From the NCBI GenBank assembly GCA_963761205.1, contig CAVXFX010000007.1, positions 64,726-128,725 of the forward strand: 64,000 nt of DNA, written 5' to 3'. Numbering within the stretch: the stretch's first letter is position 1; each line of letters begins with the position of its first letter. Positions 10,248-19,915 of the stretch are shown in pieces. Both the position numbers and the translations under genes were made by a program. The notes beneath the pieces were generated by a model that searched no databases, was not told the origin of the DNA, and saw only the letters and a list, made by a program, of their open reading frames with translations. This DNA is from an uncultured Actinomycetota bacterium (GTDB taxonomy: Bacteria > Actinomycetota > Actinomycetes > Propionibacteriales > Nocardioidaceae).

Positions 10248-12008
10248 TCAGGGCTTTGCGTGGGCACCACGGTGTGAGACCGAACGGACCGCGAGCGCGA
10301 GGAGCCCGAGGCCGGCTGCCGCGAGCACCGGCGTCCACGGGACCCCGCCACCGCGTCGGGGGACCTCCCTCGCCACGGCGGCCACGTTCTCGGCCTTCCC
10401 GGGCGCACGCTGCTTCTCCATCCGGTTCAGGGCCGCGGTCGCCTCGTCCACGGCCCGGGGGTCGACGGTCTCGTCGGTGAGGTCGGGGGTGCTCGCGTCG
10501 CCGTCCGCGCCACCGACCAGCCCGCCGAGCGACGAGAGGCCGAGCGACCTCGCGCCTGCGGAGGGCGCCTGCGACCGCGGGCCGGCGACGGTGCCGGTGC
10601 CCGTGCTGCCGGTGCCGGTCGCGGGGATCGAGGCGAGCACGCTCTCACTGACGAACCCGTGGCGGATCCGCTGCGGGTGGTCGCCCACGGGGAGGTAGGC
10701 GAGCTCGGTCTTCTTCTTGAAGTCGAGTACGGCGACCGAGTCGGCGTCGCTCAGTGAGATCCAGCAGGTGTTGTCCAGCCCCTCGGTCGTCCAGTAGGGC
10801 TTGCCGTAGTAGTGACCGGTGCTCTGCTGGTCGAAGATCTGGTAGCTCATCGTCTTGCGGTTGACGAGCGCGGCGTAGTCGTCCATCGTGCCGGCCGCGC
10901 AGAGCGTCGTACCCGCCTTGTCCATGGACAGGCCGTGGTGCGCGGAGTCGTTGACGTACTGCTCGCGCGGCATCTCGGGCACCCGGTTGGGCAGGTCCAC
11001 GACCCGGGTGACGGCGCCTGTGCGCGGCTCCGGGATGGTGCCGGTGCTGTAGCTCACGCGGCCGTCCAGGTCCCTGGCCTGGGTGTCGAACTCGACCAGC
11101 CCGTGGAAGTAGGACACCTGGTAGTAGATGAACCGCTCGCCGGGCGCGATCGCCATCGGGCGGACGGCCGAGCTCATGTCCGGGTGGCCGGCCTCGGCCA
11201 GCTCCTTGCCCATGTCCCAGCGCTGGGCGATGGAGAAGTCGCTGTTGTTGACGATCTCGAACCAGCGATCGCCCTTGAGCGCGTCGTGGAGGGGGCCGAT
11301 CTTCACCGGGCCGACACCGGTCGCGTCACCGGGTGTGTAGACCTTGCCGATGCTGGCGTGGAAGATCCGCGAGCCGTCGGCGCTGTAGTTGTTCTCGTGG
11401 GGCGTCTCGCCGGACTCGAAGGTGCGCATCCGGTCGCCGATCTTGACCGCGGTCCCGTTCACGGTCTCGTCGACCATCGAGAACTCGATCACCTGGCGCT
11501 CGGTGGAGTCGCTCACCAGCAGTCGGCGCCCGTCGGGCGAGAGACCCATGTGATCGGTGCGGTAGCCGTCCATCTGCTGCTCGCGCACGATGCTGTCGGG
11601 GTTGCCGGCCACGGCCTTGGCGACGTCGATCCAGACCACGTCGGCGAAGCTCGGGCGCGAGACGGCGACGTAGCGGCCGTCGGCGGTGGTGAACATGTCG
11701 TCGACGTACTGGTCGTGGCCCTCCCCCGGTCCCTGCTGGATGGCGATGTAGTACGCCAGCTTCGCCGGGTCCTTCTGGATGTCGGCGAGCTCCTGATCCT
11801 TGTCGGGGATGAAGTCGATCCCCCGCTTCAGCACGGTCAGCCGGTGTGCGTCGACGATCGACGCGGTGCCCGCCCAGTTGTTGCCGACCAGCATCACGTC
11901 CCGGAGCCCGGTCGCCGCCTTCGGTGCGGCCGTCGCGGAGGTGGTGCCCGCGCCGGCGAGAAGTGCCACGGGCAGGGCCAGCAGGGTGAGCACGAGAGTA
12001 CGGCGCAT
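10248..12008 (-). CDS. secreted beta-propeller-like protein with a C-terminal membrane anchor
   Basis: Signal peptide 'MRRTLVLTLLALPVALLAGAGTTSATA'. Repeated blade-like segments, a Gly/Thr/Ser linker, and the terminal TM 'VLAAAGLGLLALAV'. Confidence 0.7.
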   Translation of the reverse strand: MRRTLVLTLLALPVALLAGAGTTSATAAPKAATGLRDVMLVGNNWAGTASIVDAHRLTVLKRGIDFIPDKDQELADIQKDPAKLAYYIAIQQGPGEGHDQYVDDMFTTADGRYVAVSRPSFADVVWIDVAKAVAGNPDSIVREQQMDGYRTDHMGLSPDGRRLLVSDSTERQVIEFSMVDETVNGTAVKIGDRMRTFESGETPHENNYSADGSRIFHASIGKVYTPGDATGVGPVKIGPLHDALKGDRWFEIVNNSDFSIAQRWDMGKELAEAGHPDMSSAVRPMAIAPGERFIYYQVSYFHGLVEFDTQARDLDGRVSYSTGTIPEPRTGAVTRVVDLPNRVPEMPREQYVNDSAHHGLSMDKAGTTLCAAGTMDDYAALVNRKTMSYQIFDQQSTGHYYGKPYWTTEGLDNTCWISLSDADSVAVLDFKKKTELAYLPVGDHPQRIRHGFVSESVLASIPATGTGSTGTGTVAGPRSQAPSAGARSLGLSSLGGLVGGADGDASTPDLTDETVDPRAVDEATAALNRMEKQRAPGKAENVAAVAREVPRRGGGVPWTPVLAAAGLGLLALAVRSVSHRGAHAKP

Positions 12009-12042
12009 GCCCCTTCAACGAGGCAGGGCGAGTCGCGTCACG

Positions 12043-13230
12043 TCACCGGCTGAGCAGCACCGACGAGCCGTGACCGAACAGGCCCTGGTTGGCGGTGATT
12101 CCGACCCTCGCGCCGGCAACCTGGCGCCCTTCGGCCTGCCCGCGCAGCTGCCAGGTGACCTCGCAGACCTGGGCGAGCGCCTGGGCCGGCACGGCCTCGC
12201 CGAAGCAGGCCAGACCTCCGCTCGGGTTGACGGGGATCCGGCCGCCGATGGTCGTCTCACCGGCGCGCAGCAGGGACTCGGCCTCGCCGCGCTTGCACAG
12301 CGCCAGGTCCTCGATCCAGTCGAGCTCGAGCGCGGTGGACAGGTCGTAGACCTCGGCCAGGCTGACGTCAGCCGGATCGATGCCGGCCTCCTCGTAGGCA
12401 GCCTGGGCGATCGACTCCTTGAAGGTCAGCTCCGGCGCCGCCCCGGTGCACGGGTCGGTGGACAGCAGCGGCATGTCGATCACGGTGTTGGGGAAGGTCG
12501 GCGTGACCGTGGAGATCGCCCGCACGCGAACGGGGTCCGCCGCACCGTGCCGCCGGGCGTACTCCATCGAGGTGAGGACCACCGCAGCCGCACCGTCGGA
12601 GGTCGCACAGATGTCGAGCAGGTGCAGCGGGTCCGAGACGACGGCACTGTTCAGCACGTCCTCGGCCGAGACCTCCTTGCGGTAGCGCGCGTTCGGGTTC
12701 GCCAGGCCGTGCCGGGCGTTCTTGACCTTGACCTCGGCGAAGTCGGCCTGCGTGGCGCCGTAGAGATCCATCCGCCGGCGCGCATACAGGGCGAAGTAGC
12801 CGGGGTTGGTCATCCCCAGCAGCCGGAAGCGCAGCCAGTCGGGATCGTCCCAGCGCTCGCCGGCGTTGGGTGCCAAGAAGCCCTTGGGGGTGGTGTCGGC
12901 GCCGACCACGAGCGCCACCTCGCAGAGCCCGGCCAGGATCCGCGCCCGTGCCGTGTCGAGGGCCTGGGCACCCGTGGCGCAGGCGGCGTACGACGTGGCG
13001 ACGCGGGCACCGTTCCAGCCCAGGGCCTGGGCGAACGTTGCCCCGGCGACGTAGCCGGCGTAGCCGTTGCGCACCGTCTCGCCGCCGACGACCAGGTCGA
13101 CGTCGGCCCACGCGACCTCCGAGTCCTCCAGCGCCTCGCGGGCGGCGTGGACCCCGTAGCTGACGAAGCTGCGGCCCCACTTGCCCCAGGGGTGCATGCC
13201 GACTCCGAGGACGGCGACGTCGTTGTTCAC
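12043..13230 (-). CDS. thiolase-like lipid-transfer protein (Ltp / SCPx-type thiolase)
   Basis: 395 aa. Motifs 'SYAACATGAQAL', 'DICATSDGAAAVVL' and 'NPSGGLACFGEAVPAQAL'. Confidence 0.9.
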   Translation of the reverse strand: MNNDVAVLGVGMHPWGKWGRSFVSYGVHAAREALEDSEVAWADVDLVVGGETVRNGYAGYVAGATFAQALGWNGARVATSYAACATGAQALDTARARILAGLCEVALVVGADTTPKGFLAPNAGERWDDPDWLRFRLLGMTNPGYFALYARRRMDLYGATQADFAEVKVKNARHGLANPNARYRKEVSAEDVLNSAVVSDPLHLLDICATSDGAAAVVLTSMEYARRHGAADPVRVRAISTVTPTFPNTVIDMPLLSTDPCTGAAPELTFKESIAQAAYEEAGIDPADVSLAEVYDLSTALELDWIEDLALCKRGEAESLLRAGETTIGGRIPVNPSGGLACFGEAVPAQALAQVCEVTWQLRGQAEGRQVAGARVGITANQGLFGHGSSVLLSR

Positions 13231-13692
13231 TGGCTGGTCTCCTCACCGAGCTCGACGACCGGCTTCCAGCGCCAGATCGTGCGCGTCCCCGACTCGTCGG
13301 TGTAGAGCGGCTCCACGACCAGCTCCACCTCGCTGCCGACGCGGACGTCCTCCACGCCGTAGCCCTGCGCCAGCTGTCCCAGCACGACCAGGCCCTCGGG
13401 CAGCTCGACCGCCGCGATCGCGAACGGCTCGTACGGGATCGCTCGCCGGGATGTACGGCGGCGGGGGTTGGTACTGGGAGTCGGTGTAGGACCAGATCGC
13501 CCCGCGGCGGGACAGCTCGGTCGCCTCGAAGTCCTCGCCCGAGCACGTCGGGTTGCGGCAGAACCCCTCGATGGCGGGGAAGAACACCGCTGCACACGTC
13601 GTGCACTGCGAGCCGATCAAGGCCGGTTCGGGGCCGGTGGTGAACCAGCCGTCGATGGCCGGTCGCACCGACCCGGTCGCTGCCTCGGGCAT
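13227..13692 (-). pseudogene. DUF35 Zn-ribbon/OB-fold protein, frame disrupted (1 extra nt near 13443-13447)
   Basis: The N-terminal part (ATG 13692, 'CTTCAAVFFPAIEGFCRNPTCSG...YQPPPPYIPASDP') and the C-terminal part ('YEPFAIAAVELPEGLVVLGQ...WRWKP', stop at 13227) lie in different frames. The span is 466 nt, which is 3n+1. Confidence 0.75.
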
Positions 13693-13712
13693 CAGGGCCT
13701 CCGCACTGGAAC

Positions 13713-13726
13713 TAGAACAGGTTCTC
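13713..13726. promoter_or_regulatory. KstR-type (TetR family) operator-like palindrome
   Basis: TAGAACAGGTTCTC matches 13/14 positions of TAGAACnnGTTCTA (a palindromic instance of TnnAACnnGTTnnA; the last position mismatches). It lies 21 nt upstream of the DUF35 start, in the 63-nt divergent spacer. Confidence 0.45.
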
Positions 13727-13755
13727 ATTCTCGCACATGTGTCACCCTGTGCCCC

Positions 13756-14592
13756 GTGCCCCTGACCGCCGTGCTGATCGTGCTGGGCGCCCTGCTCCTC
13801 GCCGCGCTCGTCGCGGTCGCCGTCCTCGGCACCCGGCTGGCCGCCGCCACACGCCGGATCAGCGAGCTCGAGGAGCTCGAGACCTCGGTGCAGGTGGCGC
13901 AGGCGCGCAGCCCTCGCGCGGTCCAGGCGGCGGGGCTGGCGATGCGCACCGTCGTGGAGACCGCCAGCCGGGTGCGCGAGCACGGGGTCCGCGGAATGCT
14001 GGTCTCCTCCATCGAGGACCTCACGACCTGGGCCCTGGAGGACCACAGCGAGATCGTCCGGGTCGCCGACGCCGACGGCACCGTGACCATCTTCTTCTCC
14101 GACATCGAGAACTCCACGTCGCTCAACTCCGAGCTCGGCGACGACCGGTGGATGCAGGTCCTGGCCGCGCACGACCGGTTGCTGCACACCTACATCGACA
14201 AGCACCGCGGCCACGTGGTGAAGAACCAGGGCGACGGCTACATGGTGGTGTTCTCCACCCCGGAGCTGGCCCTGGGTGCGGCCGTCGACATCCAGCGCGC
14301 GCTGAGCGCCAAGCGGCAACGCAGCCGCCGGCTCCGACGGACGCCGATCCGCGTCCGGATCGGCCTGCACACCGGCACGGCCGTCGAGCGCGACGGCGAC
14401 TACTTCGGCCGCAACGTGGCGATGGCCGCCCGGGTGGCCTCGATGGCCGACGGCGGCGAGATCCTGGCCAGCAGTGACCTGGCCGAGCGGCTGACCGACA
14501 CCAGCGGCTACACGCTCACCGGGACCGACCCGGTCGAGCTCAAGGGGCTCCCGGGCGAGCACCGGCTGTTCCTGGTCGTAGGCGTGCCCTGA
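13756..14592 (+). CDS. class III adenylate/guanylate cyclase with an N-terminal TM helix
   Basis: Motifs 'VTIFFSDIENSTSL', 'KNQGDGYMVVF' and 'IGLHTGTAVERDGDYFGRNVAMAARV'. The start is uncertain (GTG 13756 or 13771). Confidence 0.85.
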   Translation: MPLTAVLIVLGALLLAALVAVAVLGTRLAAATRRISELEELETSVQVAQARSPRAVQAAGLAMRTVVETASRVREHGVRGMLVSSIEDLTTWALEDHSEIVRVADADGTVTIFFSDIENSTSLNSELGDDRWMQVLAAHDRLLHTYIDKHRGHVVKNQGDGYMVVFSTPELALGAAVDIQRALSAKRQRSRRLRRTPIRVRIGLHTGTAVERDGDYFGRNVAMAARVASMADGGEILASSDLAERLTDTSGYTLTGTDPVELKGLPGEHRLFLVVGVP

Positions 14593-14624
14593 TCGCACGC
14601 CCACCTGCGTGAAACGATTCGCGG

Positions 14625-14999
14625 GTGTCCCGTGTCCTGGTCGTCGACGGCGCCAACGTGGTCGGCGCACGTCCCGACGGCTGGTGGCGCGACCGGCCGG
14701 GCGCTGCAGCCCGCCTGCACGGCCGGCTCGCGGTGGCCGACACGGCGTACGACGAGATCGTGCTGGTCCTCGAGGGGAAGGCCAAGGCGGGAGTGCCGGC
14801 CGGTCGTGACGGCCATCTCCGGACGCTGCACGCGCCGCGGGCCGGCGACACCGCCATCGTCGAGGCGGCCCGCGTGGCCCGCGACCGCGAAGACGACGTC
14901 ATCGTGATCACCGCGGACCGTGGCCTCGCGATGGCGGTGGAGGGGCTGGGATGCCGGACGATGAGCCCGACCTGGCTCCTGGAGCAGATCGGCGGCTGA
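14625..14999 (+). CDS. NYN/PIN-like (YacP-type) domain protein
   Basis: 124 aa with a GTG start. Motifs 'VLVVDGANVVG' and 'VITADRGL'. Confidence 0.6.
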   Translation: MSRVLVVDGANVVGARPDGWWRDRPGAAARLHGRLAVADTAYDEIVLVLEGKAKAGVPAGRDGHLRTLHAPRAGDTAIVEAARVARDREDDVIVITADRGLAMAVEGLGCRTMSPTWLLEQIGG

Positions 15000-15049
15000 G
15001 TCCTGTCCCGGGAGGCCCGAGACGTCGCCTCGAGGGTCAACGGGCTCAA

Positions 15050-15095
15050 GTAGCCTGCCGGCCACCATCGGGGGGTGGGATGGCCGACAGGCTAC
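15050..15095. other. 15-bp imperfect stem-loop in a 325-nt convergent intergenic region
   Basis: gtagcctgccggcca / 16-nt loop / tggccgacaggctac, with 14/15 pairs. On the minus strand the loop reads TCCCACCCCCCGATGG. Confidence 0.4.
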
Positions 15096-15324
15096 GCCTG
15101 TGGGAGCGCATGCGCGTTCGGCCTGGTTCTGCCGGGCGCTCGCGGGCCACCTGGGTGAACAGACCGGTCGTGTCCGGGGTCTCTGCCAGGTCTCAATCAG
15201 GTTCTCGCGCTGCAATCTCGTGCACCGCTTCTCCCCCGATCCTACGCCCCTCCAGCCAGCAACGGGAGGGCTGGCGAAACGCAGGCTGACCGACGGGGTG
15301 GGCGGCCGGAGGCAGCCGGCCGGC

Positions 15325-16215
15325 TCAGGTGGCGGCGATCCAGTCGACGGTGCGTCGCGCGATCTCCGCGCCCGCGTCCTCCTGGACGAAGTGGCTGCCC
15401 TCGAGACGTGCGTGTGGCTGGCCGCTCGCGCCGGGGACGTGCTCCTGCAGCGGGCGGTCCGCGCGGCCGAGGATCGGGTCGCCCGCGCCGAACAGGGTCA
15501 GGAACGGCTTCTCCCACTCGCCCAGGACCCGCCAGGCCTCGCGGTTCGCTGGAACGGCCGGGTCCTCGGGCGTGATCGGGACCAGCTTCGGGAAGGCGCG
15601 CGCTCCGGCCTTGTGGCGGGTCGAGGGGAACGGCGCGTCGTACGCCGCGATCTCGTCGGCCCGCAGCTTGCGCTTGGTGCCGGTGGCGACGATGCGTCCG
15701 ATCGGGAAGACCGGGGAGTACGACGCGAACGCGCGCCAGGCCTTGAACGCGAGCGGCACACCGCGCTCGGCGGTGGGCAGGAAGCCGTTGGCGACCACGA
15801 TCCTGCTGAACCGGTCCCCGTGCTCGGCGGCGAGGCGCAGCCCGAGCAGCGATCCCCAGTCCTGGCAGACGAGGGTGATGTCGCGGAGGTCCGTGGCCTC
15901 CAGCCACTCCGCCAGCCAGTCCACGTGCCGCTGGTAGGAGTAGTCGGCGACCGAGGTCGGCTTGTCAGACCTGCCGAACCCGAGCAGGTCCGGGGCGACG
16001 GCGCGCAGCCCCGCGCCGGCGAACACGGGAATCATCCAGCGGTAGAGGTAGCTCCACGAGGGCTCGCCGTGCAGCATCAGCACGGGCGCCGCGTCGCGTG
16101 GCCCCTCGTCGACGTGGTGCATGCGCAGCCCGTCGCGAAGAGTGACGTAGTTCGGCGCGAACGGGAAGTCCGGGAGGTTCTCGAAGCGTTCGTCGGGCGT
16201 GCGTACCGATTCCAT
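15325..16215 (-). CDS. dhmA: haloalkane dehalogenase (alpha/beta hydrolase, DhmA-like)
   Basis: 296 aa from ATG 16215. It is near-colinear with my memory of mycobacterial DhmA: '[15 protein letters not shown]', '[12 protein letters not shown]', '[18 protein letters not shown]', 'HFVQED'. Confidence 0.85.
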   Translation of the reverse strand: MESVRTPDERFENLPDFPFAPNYVTLRDGLRMHHVDEGPRDAAPVLMLHGEPSWSYLYRWMIPVFAGAGLRAVAPDLLGFGRSDKPTSVADYSYQRHVDWLAEWLEATDLRDITLVCQDWGSLLGLRLAAEHGDRFSRIVVANGFLPTAERGVPLAFKAWRAFASYSPVFPIGRIVATGTKRKLRADEIAAYDAPFPSTRHKAGARAFPKLVPITPEDPAVPANREAWRVLGEWEKPFLTLFGAGDPILGRADRPLQEHVPGASGQPHARLEGSHFVQEDAGAEIARRTVDWIAAT

Positions 16216-16317
16216 GGGTCTCCCTGGTTGGGGGCGGTCCGGGCAACTCACCCACGTGGAGCATCGCAGTTGGGTGAAACCGACCCCTCGTCTGGTGGCG
16301 AGCCCTAACGTGGCTCC

Positions 16318-17139
16318 ATGCGTCCTGCCCGTTTTGTCCATCTTCTCGCCATCTGCCTCGCGGGACTCGCCGTGGCGACCTCGTTCGGCGGGGTGGGCGG
16401 TCAACCCGTCGGCGGCCACGCCGACTGGGCCGACGACGCCCAGCCGGTGGCGACCAGGTACCCCACCAACGCCGCGAAGATCTTCCGGTGGGGCAACGCC
16501 CAGGTCAAGGACGAGTTCAAGGCGCCCCTGAGCACCCGCTGGAGCGTCAGCGATCCGCGCCTGGTGCGCAACCAGCACGGCATGCTCACCCTCGACACCG
16601 CCGACAGCCAGGACGACGTGACCGCGACCCTGACCGGCGGCGACCGGCGGTACGGCCGCTGGGAGGCACGCGTACGCGGCCGTCAGTACGGCACCTCGGG
16701 GACGCCGCACCGCGTGGTCTGGGAGCTCGCCGCGACCGGCGAGGACCACTGCGGCGCCCGGGACATCGTGCTCGCCGACTACACGCTCGGGACGAACCTC
16801 GCGACCATGCACGTGCGCAACCTGCCGGACGCGGACTTCACCACGGCCAAGTCACTGGCGCTGAGCGGCAACCAGTTCCACACCTACGCCGTGGAGGTCA
16901 CCCCCGACCACGTCTCGTGGTTCGTGGACACCCGGGTCGTGATGACCGAGCGCCGTGACGCCGCCCGGACCGGGGCGACCTACAGCATGCGGTTCCGGCT
17001 CGTCGGCACCCCCGGCGCAGTGATGCGCCGCGGCCGGATGCAGATGGACTGGGCGCGCTACTACACCCTGGACCGAGCCAACGCCCAGTCGATCGCGGCG
17101 CCACAGGCCACGCTGTCGAGCTACCGCGACGCCTGCTGA
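16318..17139 (+). CDS. secreted ConA-like lectin/glucanase (GH16-like) domain protein
   Basis: It has a signal peptide. 'GRWEARVR...WELAA...[18 protein letters not shown]' is typical of the GH16/LamG fold. Confidence 0.65.
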   Translation: MRPARFVHLLAICLAGLAVATSFGGVGGQPVGGHADWADDAQPVATRYPTNAAKIFRWGNAQVKDEFKAPLSTRWSVSDPRLVRNQHGMLTLDTADSQDDVTATLTGGDRRYGRWEARVRGRQYGTSGTPHRVVWELAATGEDHCGARDIVLADYTLGTNLATMHVRNLPDADFTTAKSLALSGNQFHTYAVEVTPDHVSWFVDTRVVMTERRDAARTGATYSMRFRLVGTPGAVMRRGRMQMDWARYYTLDRANAQSIAAPQATLSSYRDAC

Positions 17140-17160
17140 GCCGGCGGTTCAGCCTGGTCG

Positions 17161-17745
17161 CTACGTCGCGTCGACCACGATCACGTGGAGCTGGCGAGGT
17201 CCGTGCACGCCTTCGACGCGGTCGAGCTCGATGTCGCTGGTGGCCGACGGGCCACTGATCCAGGTCAGTGCGCGGGTCGGGTCCAGGCGGCTCACCGCGT
17301 CCGGGACCCCGGTGACCACCTGGTCGGTGCGGACGATGCAGACGTGCTTGTCCGGCACGAGGGTCAGCGCCCGGCGGCCCTGCCCCGGACCGTGGTCCAG
17401 GACGATGGTGCCGGTCTCGGCGATCCCCACCGTGGCCTCGGTGACGACGGCGTCGATGGCGTCGAGCTCGGCGGCCGAGAGGTCGTCGTCGGTCCGGGAG
17501 CCGGGCACCTCTACCCCCAGCCCGTCGGGTACGACGACCGAGCAATCGTGCACTGCCGCCGCGACGCGGTCGGCGAGCTCGTCCGGCGTGCACCGCTCCA
17601 CCACGGCGCGGTAGTCGGCCACCCGCTCCACGAACAGGTCCACCGACCCGGCCCCGGCCGGGATCCGCTGTGCCGGAGGTGGCGGCGCGACGGCACCGGC
17701 GGTGGCCTCGCGCACCCGGGCGAGGATCTCCTCGCGGGCGCTCAC
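17161..17745 (-). CDS. lutC: lactate utilization protein C
   Basis: GTG at 17745 (4-nt overlap with lutB). 'EEILARVREA' and 'GIAETGTIVLDHGPGQGRRALTLVPDKHVCIV'. Confidence 0.85.
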   Translation of the reverse strand: MSAREEILARVREATAGAVAPPPPAQRIPAGAGSVDLFVERVADYRAVVERCTPDELADRVAAAVHDCSVVVPDGLGVEVPGSRTDDDLSAAELDAIDAVVTEATVGIAETGTIVLDHGPGQGRRALTLVPDKHVCIVRTDQVVTGVPDAVSRLDPTRALTWISGPSATSDIELDRVEGVHGPRQLHVIVVDAT

Positions 17746-19172
17746 GACCGGCCTCCGTCGGTGCGCCGCCACCAGGCCCGGAACGACTCGCGCGGCGGCG
17801 TGGGGAGGTCGCGGGCGCCGGTCCACGCCGAGGCGAGCGGCAGCCGACGTGCCAGCCCGGTGCCGAGTCGGGCGAGGCGCTCGGCCAGACCCAGCCTCCG
17901 CGAGGACCCGAAGGTCGCGGCGACACCCTTCATCGCCAGCGCCTCGGGCTTGGGTGCTCCACCGCGGTGGGCGTCGACGACCTGTGCGCGCAGGTCCACC
18001 AGCACCGAGGGGATGTCGATCTTGACCGGGCAGACCTCGTAGCAGGCGCCGCAGAGCGAGGAGGCATATGGCAGCGAGTCGGTCTGCGGGTCCTCCCCCA
18101 CGCCCTTCATCAGCGGGTTCAGGATCGCGCCGATCGGGCCGGGGTAGACCGAGCCGTAGGCGTGACCGCCGACGCGCTCGTAGACAGGGCAGACGTTCAG
18201 GCACGCCGAGCAGCGGATGCAGCGCAGCGCCTGGCGACCGACCTCGTCGGCCAGCGCCCGCGTCCGGCCGTTGTCGAGCAGCACGACGTGCACCTCCTGC
18301 GGCCCGTCGCCGGGGGTGACCCCCGTCCACATGGAGGTATAGGGGTTCATCCGCTCCCCGGTCGAGGAGCGCGGCAGGAGCTGGAGGAACACGTCGAGGT
18401 CGGCGAAGGTCGGCAGCACCTTCTCGATGCCGACGACCGAGATCAGCACCTCCGGCAGGGTCAGGCACATCCGGCCGTTGCCCTCGGACTCCACGACGAC
18501 GAGCGTCCCGGTCTCGGCGACCGCGAAGTTGGCCCCGGAGACGGCGACCTTGGCGCGCAGGAACTTCTCGCGCAGGTGCAACCGGGCGGCGCCGGCCAGC
18601 GCGGCCGGGTCGTCGGTCAGGTCGTCTGGAGCTGGACGCCCCGCGGCGGCCATCCGCTCCAGGAAGATCTGCCGGATCTCGGCCCTGTTGCGGTGGATCG
18701 CGGGCACCAGGATGTGCGAGGGCAGGTCGTCGCCGAGCTGCACGATCAGCTCGGCGAGGTCGGTCTCCCACGCGGCGATCCCCTCGGCCTCCAGGGCCTC
18801 GTTGAGACCGATCTCCTGGGTGGCCATCGACTTGACCTTGACGACCTCGTCGACGCCGTGGGAGCGCGCCACCTCGGCGACGATCCGGTTGGCCTCCGCG
18901 GCATCGCGGGCCCAGTGCACGGTGGCCCCCTGGGCGACCAGCCGCTCCTCGAGCTGCACCAGATGGCCCTCGAGGTCGGCCAGGACGGCGTCCTTGATCG
19001 CCGCGCCCGCCGTACGCAGGTCCTCCCAGTCGGGCACCTCCGCCACCACGCGCGCCCGCTTGTCGCGGATCGTGTGCGTCGCATGGGCCAGGTTGTGCCG
19101 CAGCTGGGTGTCACCCAGGGCGGCGCGAGCCGCTTCGGGAAAGGGCGGCATGCCCACGAACGTGCCGCCCAT
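17742..19172 (-). CDS. lutB: lactate utilization protein B (4Fe-4S)
   Basis: 476 aa. 'CIRCSACLNVCPVYERVGGHAYGSVYPGPIG' and 'CGACYEVCPVKIDIP'. Confidence 0.9.
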   Translation of the reverse strand: MGGTFVGMPPFPEAARAALGDTQLRHNLAHATHTIRDKRARVVAEVPDWEDLRTAGAAIKDAVLADLEGHLVQLEERLVAQGATVHWARDAAEANRIVAEVARSHGVDEVVKVKSMATQEIGLNEALEAEGIAAWETDLAELIVQLGDDLPSHILVPAIHRNRAEIRQIFLERMAAAGRPAPDDLTDDPAALAGAARLHLREKFLRAKVAVSGANFAVAETGTLVVVESEGNGRMCLTLPEVLISVVGIEKVLPTFADLDVFLQLLPRSSTGERMNPYTSMWTGVTPGDGPQEVHVVLLDNGRTRALADEVGRQALRCIRCSACLNVCPVYERVGGHAYGSVYPGPIGAILNPLMKGVGEDPQTDSLPYASSLCGACYEVCPVKIDIPSVLVDLRAQVVDAHRGGAPKPEALAMKGVAATFGSSRRLGLAERLARLGTGLARRLPLASAWTGARDLPTPPRESFRAWWRRTDGGRS

Positions 19173-19915
19173 CAGGCGATTCCTTCCGTGGAGGCCAGGA
19201 TCTCGGCCAGGTGCATGGTGCGTACGCCGGACCGCTGCCGGGTGAGCAGGCCGCCGATGTGCATCAGGCAGGAGCTGTCACCGGCCACCAGCACCTCGGC
19301 GCCGGTCTCGCGCACGTGACGGGCCTTGTCGGAGCCCATCGCCACCGACGTGTCGGCGTTCTTCATCGCGAAGGTCCCGCCGAAACCGCAGCACTCCTCC
19401 GCCACCGGCAGGTCGACCAGTCGCAGCCCACGCACCTCCTGGAGGAGTCGCGTCGGCCGGTCGCCGACCCCGAGCATCCGCAGCGAGTGGCAGGTCGGGT
19501 GGTAGGTCACCGTGTGCGGGAACGACGCACCCACGTCCGTCAAACCCAGCTGGTCGACCAGGAACTCGGTCAGCTCGAAGACCCGCGGAGCCGTTTCCTC
19601 CACGGCGGCGACCAGCGCTGCATCACCCGAGCGGCGGGCGACCGCCTGGTGCTGGTGGCGAGCCGATCCGGCGCACGACCCCGAGGGCGTGACGATGGCG
19701 TCGTAACCGGCGAAGGCCTCGACGAAGGACCGCAGCGCCGGGACCGCCTCGTCGAGGTAGCCGGTGTTGACCATCGGCTGCCCGCAGCACGTCTGGGCCG
19801 CCGGGAACTCGACGTCGACGCCGAGGCGGTGGAGCAATGTCACCACGGCCTGGCCGACGTGCGGGAACAGCGCGTCGTTGATGCAGGTCACCTGCAGCGC
19901 CACCCGCATCGTCAA
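19172..19915 (-). CDS. lutA: lactate utilization protein A (CCG-domain Fe-S oxidoreductase)
   Basis: 247 aa. 'QTCCGQPMVNTGY', 'HPTCHSLRMLG' and 'ECCGFGGTFAMK'. Confidence 0.9.
   Translation of the reverse strand: MTMRVALQVTCINDALFPHVGQAVVTLLHRLGVDVEFPAAQTCCGQPMVNTGYLDEAVPALRSFVEAFAGYDAIVTPSGSCAGSARHQHQAVARRSGDAALVAAVEETAPRVFELTEFLVDQLGLTDVGASFPHTVTYHPTCHSLRMLGVGDRPTRLLQEVRGLRLVDLPVAEECCGFGGTFAMKNADTSVAMGSDKARHVRETGAEVLVAGDSSCLMHIGGLLTRQRSGVRTMHLAEILASTEGIA

Noticed and set aside
15050-15095. Calling the C-rich-loop hairpin a 6C sRNA.
   Set aside because: 6C RNA has two C-rich loops and conserved synteny. I found only one such hairpin, and the flanking genes are not the usual neighbours.
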